From: a virus
Taxonomy: Duplodnaviria > Caudoviricetes
Strand: one strand, 5' to 3'
IMG/VR virus record: IMGVR_UViG_3300050821_000642
Location: 1,879 to 65,878 of that record
Length of the DNA: 64,000 nt
Shown: in pieces, positions 54,101 to 62,900 of the stretch
Layout of the letters: each line of letters opens with the position of its first letter
Numbering within the stretch: the first letter of the stretch is position 1
Program-made: the position numbers and the translations under genes
The notes under the pieces: model-generated
Databases searched by the model: none
The model's input: the letters and a program-made list of their open reading frames with translations, nothing else
What the model was told of the DNA's origin: nothing

Positions 54101-56900
54101 CACGACCGGCGCAGGGTTCACCAACACCTCAAGCACCGGAGGGACTGACTATAGCGTTGGCGGCGACGACAAGCTGCAAACCACCAGCGACAACCAGATA
54201 TCCGGCACCGGCAATGCGACCATTCTGTCGGCCAAGGGCGGCTCGATCCCGCGCCGGAACCGCCGTCCTCCCCCGAGGAAGAACTACACCCGCTACGATC
54301 TCGGCGGCGCGGCAGGCGATCAGTCGGGCGATGTCTCGCCGTCCGCGCTGGGCATGCCGCCCGGTCTTAGCTCCGGGGGGCAACAGCAAATCCCGCCCTA
54401 TTATTACAACCCGGCGACTTATGCTGGCGCAGGCGCACCCGTGGGCAAGGGGGTGACCCAGACCAGCGTTCCCACCTTTAGCGCTGGCGCTATCCCCTCC
54501 CTGCCGATGGCGCGCGGTGGTACGGTGTATAAGTTTGATGACGGCGGCGATGTGCCTGACGAGAGCGCGGCGGCGATGCCCTCGCCCATTATGGACGAGA
54601 TGCAGGACCAGCGCGACGAGGCCGAGGACGCGCAGCGCGATCAGGTCAGCGCGCAAGCGGCGGCGGCTCCCGGCGCGGGCGCGGGCGCGTACGATCAGGG
54701 TGGCAAGTACTTCACGCCGCCCGACGACACGGCGGCTCCCCCTGTTACTCAAGCGGGTAACCAAGATGGGCAAGCTCAGCATGGGCCGTACCGGCGCACC
54801 GACCAGCTTACGCCGCAGATCAAGGACAACGACGGCAACCCGTCGCGCGGCTTGGTTGACGCGATCTCCGGTGGGCTACAGTGGATCGCTTCGCATCTGG
54901 GGCTGGGCAGCGCGCAGGCCGCAGGCATTGCGGGCGACCCAAACACCCAGACGGCGCGGATGAACTTTTCTTCCGGCAAGCAACCGGATGGCGATGCGGT
55001 GATCTCTCATGCTGCTTATCATGAAGCGGGCGATATCCAAGACCCGGCCAATGCGCTCAACACCGTCGAGCATAAGATCGCAGGCATGGAAGGCATGCGG
55101 TTGTGGATGCTGAACCGTGGCGACGTGGTGGGCGCGAACAAGATGGCGGCGTCGATGATGCAATACAGCGCCATCGCCAACGCCCCTATCGGTGAAGAGG
55201 CCGCGCGCCGGTACTACGACGGCGACCTTAAGGGCGCGGTCGATGCGCTCAACGAAGCCAGCGCCAACGTGGTTGATGGCAGGCACATCGTCGCCTCTCT
55301 GGTGCCGGATGGCAAGGGCGGTCAGATGGTGCATGTCGAGGGCAGCACGCTCGATGGGCGCACGTTGTGGCAGCAGATGGTGGCTCCGCACGCCATCCTC
55401 GCGGCGGCGCTGGGGTTCAAGGATCAGTCGTACACGTGGAAGCGCTACGAGGATCAAGCGGTCAAGTACGACCCGGAGATGAAAGCCGAGTACGACGCTC
55501 GCATTGCCGAACAAAAACAACAGCGCAAAGAGGCCGACGCGCAAGCCAAGGCCACTGCGTCAGAGACGGCGCTTGGCCCGACCGACAGGCCCTATGCGCC
55601 GAGCGCCAACGCAACCATGCCAACGCCCGCGCAGCCGTCAGCGCCAGCGCCTACGCTGACTCCGGTGGGTGCGCCTGCCGCCCCTGCTGCGCCGACTGCG
55701 CCGTCACCCGGTCGCAGCCCCGACACCACGACGGCGCAGACCGCCGCGCCTCCTCCCACTTCCGATGGCTCTTTATTGGCGCGGGGGCCGACCGGGCATG
55801 GCGGCGCGATCCCGTCGCAGGCCGGTCCTAACATTGCTACGCCCGACGCACAGGAAGCCGCAGCGGATACCGACTTTCAGAAGATCGCCGCTTCGCTGGA
55901 CAAGCAGGAGACTGACGGCTACGCGACGATCCGCAGTAACCATATCAGCCCCGCTGGCAATCCGATATTGGGCGGCAATGAAATCCTCCCTGCCGACCCG
56001 AACCACCCGCGCGATGCGGCATGGCAGGCGCGTGACGCCCGTTGGCGCGAGGCGATGCAGACCGTCAACCAGACCATTGCCTCCGAAGGTCACGACCTGA
56101 CGGTGCGGATCGCTTCGCAACGACAGGCGTTGGCGCAGTCTTATGCGGCAGCGAAAGAGCAGCGTGGCGCTGAGCGCGCCGCCGCCAAGACCGCCGCTGG
56201 ACAGGTCCAAGCGCAGACGATGGAGACGACGCGCGAGGAAGGGCGGCAGAAGTTTGAAACCGGCAAGGAGATGAGCAGCCGCGAGTGGGACTCGACCAAG
56301 CCGCGCGCCAGCGAGGAGGTGGAGCGGGAGATCAACATGACGCCCGACCCACAGACGCCTAGCCCGAAAGACCCGAACGTGATCATGGCGCACTCGCTGG
56401 GCTACACCGACAGCCGGGGCAGGCCGCAGATCGACCGGCTCAACAACCTTCTGACGGCGCAAGAGCAGACCGTCATGTCGCAGGCGCTGGTCAGCGGTTT
56501 TCATTACTCGCCCACCCAGAGCCTTGCGGCGGTGGCCGACATGGTGACCGGCGCAGTGACCAACAAAAACTACGAGATGTCTGGCGAGCCGTTGAGCGCC
56601 GACAAGACCTATGGCGTGCCGCGCGTTCTGGTCACGGTCAACCGGCTGAACGACAACGGCGAGGGGGTCACCAGCGGCAAGATGGCGATGCCGACCGAGG
56701 ACTACCGCAACCTGAGAGGGCTGATCAAGCAGCGCGCCGCCGCCGAAGCTAAGCGCAACCAAGCCCCGCCGCCCGAGGTGGCTGCGCCGCCTAGAGGTCC
56801 AGACCCTGCGCCCCTGCCGTTGGGTCCGCAGGGCATACCCGCACGGCCAAACTTAGTGCCGCAGTTTGGTCCCCGTCTCGTACCCCGTCCAGCCGCATGA
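51141..56900 (+). CDS. Large internal virion protein with lytic transglycosylase domain
   Basis: AESGGNP.A...GLTQIN...A..VY..QGW.AW SLT-like motif near the N-terminus; long Pro/Thr/Gly-rich regions. Confidence 0.78.
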   Translation: MAMGKHYGSFGKGFADALIAMIKLSYMRDYYKSRRDYYESRAAAYGQPKPGSKAALDAEGNRIRLDAEGRPLPDTAYGGGKQETPAAGKVPMADMVKMAEKAGFKGDDAAHMAALAQAESGGNPGAVGKAGEIGLTQINPHAWPAEMVSAARDPQGAFNAAYKVYQQQGWKAWSTDPSSPNFTPGNNGMRFFDAARGYVTGEKPTTKVAATPDTAKPVKPGTEKTKVGATGGPDVKVGGKTYHTDADGRILGDDGKPTQAQAGPSPGSYQVAGDSTIALSPEEAERARADLEAHRVAPSDTRSLDSPIKQHPERTGGVDTQSAPDPVAVPDESSERPPSLTPPPPERGPELAGQRQWSEEDQPALPPVPSPRPIQGPPQRTGAPPNVGITPSSVPEPVSTQNTVRPEPPVSVPVSHTPIGGGEGNRMEGPRGTSVADAPSRAAQPVSATRAIPSTPVTPVSNQPSGGRFVPIERPNLDQAGGAQGRSGGPPTMTALNLGSLFGPNPPLSQRGGGGGGGGQAAPSSPPQGQILSPPGGGPTPYPGPTMNPSGNIVLSEGQGARGGQSVPAPMPPIRPDDLDVATASRKGGPIQRFNRGGIPTRPTIGLAAGGDAPASSQYPSYTPKAAAAQPGLQGNVLAADEYMTGLPGMTAVDLHNPNSMYYTSYGPGQGGIGGQTLTTDWSRMTPDQKAQYAAMTAGTWQPPAATPAPTPAPAPATPTVINPPSVQNITNMPAATTITDPTTTTTTGTPGVPNAIQAKSYDPNVDATTGAGFANTSNTGGTNYSVGTDDKLNQTTPGTISGTGDGTILSRGGGPIPRRQAFARGGIPSRPTLRLQAGGNAAIAAMNSPSYIGPTLQGGWQGTPESQLAPNQQAWANTEQGILAQELSAAHKDAAYWGAGGTNPTGGNDTMQYWNQLTTMPAAVWPTTTTTPTPIAEPAPTVQNVVNQGQPIVDIATIDPTATTTTGAPGIPNAIQAKSYDPNVDATTGAGFTNTSSTGGTDYSVGGDDKLQTTSDNQISGTGNATILSAKGGSIPRRNRRPPPRKNYTRYDLGGAAGDQSGDVSPSALGMPPGLSSGGQQQIPPYYYNPATYAGAGAPVGKGVTQTSVPTFSAGAIPSLPMARGGTVYKFDDGGDVPDESAAAMPSPIMDEMQDQRDEAEDAQRDQVSAQAAAAPGAGAGAYDQGGKYFTPPDDTAAPPVTQAGNQDGQAQHGPYRRTDQLTPQIKDNDGNPSRGLVDAISGGLQWIASHLGLGSAQAAGIAGDPNTQTARMNFSSGKQPDGDAVISHAAYHEAGDIQDPANALNTVEHKIAGMEGMRLWMLNRGDVVGANKMAASMMQYSAIANAPIGEEAARRYYDGDLKGAVDALNEASANVVDGRHIVASLVPDGKGGQMVHVEGSTLDGRTLWQQMVAPHAILAAALGFKDQSYTWKRYEDQAVKYDPEMKAEYDARIAEQKQQRKEADAQAKATASETALGPTDRPYAPSANATMPTPAQPSAPAPTLTPVGAPAAPAAPTAPSPGRSPDTTTAQTAAPPPTSDGSLLARGPTGHGGAIPSQAGPNIATPDAQEAAADTDFQKIAASLDKQETDGYATIRSNHISPAGNPILGGNEILPADPNHPRDAAWQARDARWREAMQTVNQTIASEGHDLTVRIASQRQALAQSYAAAKEQRGAERAAAKTAAGQVQAQTMETTREEGRQKFETGKEMSSREWDSTKPRASEEVEREINMTPDPQTPSPKDPNVIMAHSLGYTDSRGRPQIDRLNNLLTAQEQTVMSQALVSGFHYSPTQSLAAVADMVTGAVTNKNYEMSGEPLSADKTYGVPRVLVTVNRLNDNGEGVTSGKMAMPTEDYRNLRGLIKQRAAAEAKRNQAPPPEVAAPPRGPDPAPLPLGPQGIPARPNLVPQFGPRLVPRPAA
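53360..54232 (+). repeat. Intragenic ~210-bp duplication
   Basis: PNAIQAKSYDPNVDATTGAGF.NTS.TGGT.YSVG.DDKL...ISGTG..TILS encoded at ~53360-53575 and ~54020-54232. Confidence 0.85.
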
Positions 56901-56924
56901 GAGGCTTACCCACGCGAGTAACTG

Positions 56925-59900
56925 ATGGCTGACGTAGACGCCGATCTGTACGCACCCATTCGCGGGGTCGGTCCCGATAGCGCTTCTGCGTCTACGCCTA
57001 CGCCTGCGCCGCCGACGCAAGCGGGCGACGACGATCTGTATGCGCCCATTCGTGGCGCAGGCCCGCCCATCAGTCCGTCTCCGAGGGACTTGGGGCCGGT
57101 GCCGTGGAGCGACGTGGGCGCGGGCTTGGCGGCTGGCTACCACGAAGGCATGTCCGACATTGGCGGGTTTGGCTCGCGCTTCGCCGGGTCGCCCGAGATG
57201 CAGCGCTACTACGCTGACCAAGCGTTGCGCGAGCGCACACTCGGGCAACGCGACGTACAGAGCATGACCCCTGCCGGTCAGCAGGGCCGCGAGCAGGGGT
57301 TCTGGAGCCATCCCATCCTACAGGGCGCAGAGGCGGCTCCGAGCATGGCCGGGGCGGCGGCTCCCGCCATCGTGGGCGGCGCGATAGCGGGGCCACCGGG
57401 CGCAATCGCAGGCGGCGCGCTGGGGTTTGGCGCGCAGGCGGCAGGCCAGACGGCGGCGGACGTGCATGGCAATATCGCTGACGCGAACGACGCGGCGCTG
57501 CAAAAGGCCAACCCGGACTACGCCGCCAAGCGCGTCTATATGTCGGAGGCCGACGCGAAATACGCCATCGCCCAAGAGAGCCTGAACAAGACCCACGCGG
57601 CAGAAATCTCAGGCGCGCTGGGCATGCTGTCGGGCGCGGTCGGACCCATTGCGGAAATTGGCGGTTCTGGGGTAGTAGGCAAGATCGTAGGCGATAGCCT
57701 CGTGCGTAAAGCGCTCGCCGGGGGCGTGTTTGAAGGCACGAATTTAGGCGCGCAGGCGGCAGGTCAAACCGCGTTCACCGCCAAGGCCGAGCAGCAAGCA
57801 GGCACGCGCGGCGCGGTGGCCCCCGGCGAGATCGCTGAAAGCTTTGGCGAAGGCTTCAAGACCGGGGCCGAACTCTCCCTGCCGGGGGTATTGTTCCACG
57901 GTAAGACCCGGCTCCCTCAAGGGGGTGTGAGCGCCGAGCCGACACGCTCTGACACCCAAGGGTTTAAGCCGGGAGTGCGCGGCAATGCGGGCAAAGGGCC
58001 AACCACTGCGCCAACTGACGAAGCAACTACGGGGACAAAAAGCGTCCCTAGTTCACCCATCACCCCCGACATTAAGGCCGCGACGGACGGCAAGCCTATT
58101 ACTCCCGTGGGTAAGCCACAGGAAACACCTGTACAACCACCCCCTCCGGTTGCACAACCTACAGGTGTGCCCGCACAGGAGCCTCAAGGAAGGCCGCCAG
58201 AGGCCCAAGTCGCTGCCGGGCCACCACCCCCACCCCCAGCCCCGGAAGGCCAGCCAGCGCCAACCCCTGCCGCGCCTGCTGCGGCTCCCATCGATCCCGT
58301 CGCCCTAGCGGCGCAGCACGCGGAGCTTGTGGACCCAAGCCACCCACGCGATGCGATGATCATCCCCAAAGGGGCGCAAGTCCCTGATATCACTACAGAT
58401 AAGTGGCGCTACGGCAATCTCAAGCTGCCCGACGACCAAGGCGTCGTCCGCTACGATCATAGTCGAGGAAACAAGTGGACTAAAGACAGCTTGAAGGCGG
58501 CGGCGAAGGATGGCACGCTGCAAGACAAGATCGACGCGCAGGCGGCGAAGCCTGCGGCAGAGTCCGTGGTAGGAGCGCAACCGGCAGCGGCGGCGGCAGA
58601 GCCTGTAAAGGCCGAGCCTGCCGCTGCCGAGGCGGCTCCCAGCCCTGCGGAAGCCCCAAGCGTAGGCGACCGGATCAAGGCCGATATCGCGAAGCAACCA
58701 GAGGATGTACAACCTAAAGGTGTACAACCAGAAGGTGCAGGGGTTACTCAAGAGAGTACGCCCCCCGACCCGCTGGCGGGCGGGACCAAGGTCGCAGAGA
58801 ACAAAGCCGGGGTGGCGATCTACCGCATGCCTGACGGCAGCTTAATGAAAGCGGGCCTTGGCAAGGACGTGAGGCCGGTCACCGAGGCGACCGCCAAGAT
58901 CATCTTCCCCAAGGAGTTCGGCGGCGAGGGCTACGTCCCGGCTGAAAAATCCGAGGCTGACAAAATCCGTGAGGCGGCAGACGCCGAGGCGGCGCGGCTC
59001 AAGCTGGCGAAGGAAACGCCTCCCCCCACTGCCGAAGCGGAAGCGCCCAAGGGAAGGGTCTTGCGCTCCGAAACACCCGAGGAGCAGGAAGCCGCCGCGC
59101 GCCAAGCCGAGGCGGATCGCCTCGCTGCCGAACGAGTGGCGACCGAGCAGCCCGCCAAGCCCGTCACCCGGCAGACAAAGGAACCCGAAGAACAGAAGCC
59201 CGGCAAGAAGAGCGAGCCTGAGAAAGAGGCGATGCGCGCCTCTAACGCCGTCGCTGACGACATTGTGCGTAACAACCTGCCTCAAGCGGGCGACGAGCAT
59301 GCGCCCGATCCGGCCCGAGGATCGGGGGGCAAGGGAGCGCGCGAGCAGGTCAAGGCGCGCGTACAAAAGATGGTGAAAGAAGCCAACGACGGTGGCTTCA
59401 AATTCATGAAGATGCTCAAGGACCGCAAAGACCCGGAGCTTGCGCACTCGGCTAGCTCTGTGTTGTTGCACGAGGCCAAGCGTCTCGCTGACATCAAGGT
59501 CGCCAAGACCTCCGACTACAAGCGCTTCTTGGATCGCGAGCGCGATCTGTTAAAGGGTGAAGCCGCCAAAGAAGGTGTACTCAAAGAGCGCCGCGCCGCA
59601 GGCAAGGAGTTCGCTGCGGCAGCGGGCAAGGGGGTCAAGGAAGCCGCCGCCGAGGATGTCGATACGGCAAGAAGGGTGGGGGAAGAAGACGTACCTGACG
59701 TAGCCGAAGAGTACGAGAAGGCCAAGGAGCGGGTTGCAGAAGAGAAAGTCGCTAAAGCTCCGGGGGAAAAACGAGAGAAGACCGACACTGAGAAGCGTGC
59801 AGAGGAAGCTGGCAAGCGCGCCGCTGAGCGAGCCAAGCAATTCGAGTTGCCCGAGGGCGCGTCAAAGGGTGATATCCTACGCAAGCTGGAAGCTGCCAAG

Positions 59901-62900
59901 CGCATGGCGCGCGACCAAAGTATCGGTGAGGAAGAACGTGACGCCGCGATGCGGGGCGTGCAACGCCTGCAAGACTCACTACGAAGCGCGATAGAGCGCG
60001 AGGAAGCGCCGCGCGAACGGCCTACGGTTACTCACGAGAGTGATGAACCTGCCGTCAAGGGCTACTCGATGGCGACCGGGTTCAAGGTCGAAGCGCGTAG
60101 AGGCCGCGCCCCTCCTAAACTGCCGGAGCGTCCAGCACAACGGGCGCTGGCGGGTGAAGAGTACGGCGGCGAGGCGTTTGAGCACCCCGAAGAGATGGTG
60201 GGGCCGGAAACTTATCTTCATGGCGCACGTCCGACTGAGGCCGAAGGCGTCGAGATGACCGACAAGAACGGCGATAAGTTCACCGTGCATCCGTTTGAAA
60301 CGACAGACGCCGAAGAATTGCTTCGAAGACATTTCTATCCAGAGTACCATGACGAAGCTTACCGCGAGCCGCTTAAACGATTGCGTGATGCGCTTTTGAC
60401 AATGGCGGGCGATGTCAAAGTTTACATTGTCTCTTCGCGAGATATAGACCGGCTGTACCCCGGCGTCGAGGGCTATTACGATGGTGATAGAAACCACATC
60501 GTCTTGGATGGCAGCGCGTTTTCATCCGACGCTCCCATACACGAAGTGTTTCATGCGGCGACATATCACGCCATACGACAGAACCCCGACCTCGACAGGT
60601 TGCTGCACCGGCTGCACCTAGAAGCCAAACAATGGGCAAAACTGGACCCGGAAGAATGGGATAAAATTCATTATTTTTTCGGCAACCGCGAGGAATTTCT
60701 CACTGGATTAATGACAAACCCAGACATGCAGCAGTTGCTTAAAAAGATGAAAATCAGTTCGCAACTGGCGGGTGATATCGGCATCCCCAAGTGGCGCAAG
60801 ATGACCATGTGGAACGGCATGGTCGAGCTTATTCGACAGGCGCTGGGGATGGGTAAGCGCGACGTGAGCGCGATAGAAGCCGCGATGGCGTTGAGCGAGA
60901 ACTTAATGTGGCGCGATCCGCGTGGCGCAGGCATGCTGATGGGGGCGGCGGGTAAACTATCGCGTGCGCAGTTGCGCGGCTCCCGGTTAGCCAGAGCGCG
61001 TGAGCTACCCGAGCGGGCGGGGAGGGTGCGCGAGGCGACCGAAGACCCAGAGAAGGCGGGACGCGACTACGGGCGTGAGCATAAGGGATGGGTGAACAAG
61101 ATCAACGACGCGGTGAAGACCACGCTGACTGACAAGAACCCGACCTTCAAGCAAGCCGCCGAGCGCTTCGCCAGCGAGCCGCAGATGTACGAACTGCACC
61201 GCGACAAGTTTAAAGACGGAAAAAGCGATCCACTTAGGGACCGCCTCGATGCGATGCAGCAGCGCGGGGGCCGGGCTGAAGAGCTAGCCGAGCCGGGCAT
61301 GCGGCTGGCGCATGAGTGGATTGGGCTAGCCGACAAGCATGGCCCCGACAGCATGGCGAAGCTGCAAGACGTGATGCGGATGGCGAACGAGTTCGGCGTC
61401 TACCCGCACCACCCGCTGGGCGAGGGGGTGAACGCGCATCTGGCGAGCGACACGCTCGACCACATCCAAGCGCGGGCGGTTCACCCGGAGATCAGCGCCA
61501 AGTTCAACGCGCTACACAAAGATTTACAAGCGCACTTCCTCGCGCAGGACAAGCACTTCAAGGACGACCTCAACGCGATCAGAAAGCTCAACGCCAAAAA
61601 CTTTATCGAGGGCATCGACCCTCCTGCCGGATCGACTACGCTGGACGTGCTGGACCGGATGCTGGCGGGCAAGCTGACCGACGCTGACAAGGCGCATTAC
61701 GCGCGCTATGGCGTCGAGGGGCTGGACGCGGACGTGTTTCAGCGCCGCAAGGGGCCATACTTTCCTGCCGCCCGGCATGGAGATTTTGTCGTCCGGGCTG
61801 AGCATGACGTGCTTACGCCCAAAGGCTCCGACCGGGATTACCACGGTAATTTGTTGGAGCCGAACGTTCGAAGGTTTAATACTCGCGCCGAGCTTGAGAA
61901 GTATCTGGGTGAGGTGAACTTACCCGCGCGAGTAAGCCTCAAATACTACTTCGACAATCCGGCAGGGGGGAGGATATATCAGGTCGATGACGGGCAGGGG
62001 GGCGTGCGCAACGTCGCTCACGACGAGGCGGGTATTGGGTATGGCAAGCCGCAGCCTGAGTATTGGGCGACGATGCAGCACAAGCGGGTCGAGTTCGCCA
62101 AGAGCCTGAGCGAGGGGCAGGAAATCCACCGCAGGCTGAGCGAAGCAAAACTTAAAAATCTATCGGGGGTCGAGCATCGCCGGGGGCAGGGGGTGGACAA
62201 GAGCTTCACCTCGCAACAAACCCAATCGTTGCTGGCCAGCATCGACAAGCGTACCGACCTGAGTGAGCAGCAGAAGAACGCGATGAAGGACATGATACGG
62301 GAAACCGCCATCGTCACCCAGAGCGGGAGCCGTCTGACTAAGAACTTTGTGCGCTCACAAAAAGTCCAAGGCGCGGAATACGGCGGCGAGGCGCTGTCTA
62401 ACCACGTCCTGTCGTCGTCCCGGTATCAAGCCGCCGCCGAGTTCCAGCCTAAGATCGATGACGCTTTCGAGCGCATGCGCCAAGTCATGGACGACCATCC
62501 CGACGACAAGCTGACCACTGATAGGAGTCGGGTGTACAACGAGCTTGCGTCACGTAGCTACAACGTGACGCCAGAGAACATGAACCCGTCCTACTCGCCG
62601 GTTGTGCAAAAATTAACGCAGATGACGTTCATTCAGGACATGGCTTCGGCATCGCACTTGCTGACCCATCAACTCAATCTGCACTACATGGGCGCGGCGG
62701 TGATGGCCCCGCGTCATGGCCTGATCCCGACGTTCCGCAAGTTTCATCAGATCATGCGTGAGGCGGGCGGGCCGTGGATGGCGGCGAAGAAAGGCTTTGG
62801 CTACGCCACCGCCAAGTTCCGTGACCCCGAGGCCGACTACACTTCGATGTTCGACATGATGCGCAACAGCGTCACCGACGCGCGCAGGCGAAGCGTAGTG

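Larger units (their letters stand above)
1519..61935. repeat. Dispersed 16-bp palindrome TWACYC-N4-GRGTWA (>=43 exact copies)
   Basis: Exact starts found by eye: 1519, 3171, 3442, 3709, 7295, 7945, 9044, 9057, 12050, 12310, 14381, 15031, 15620, 16455, 16802, 17641, 17998, 19403, 20429, 20812, 21575, 22460, 22924, 25444, 25929, 26622, 26661, 27246, 27818, 29858, 31441, 36840, 38186, 39970, 43112, 47903, 49623, 51120, 52510, 54745, 56906, 58099, 61920. Confidence 0.95.
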
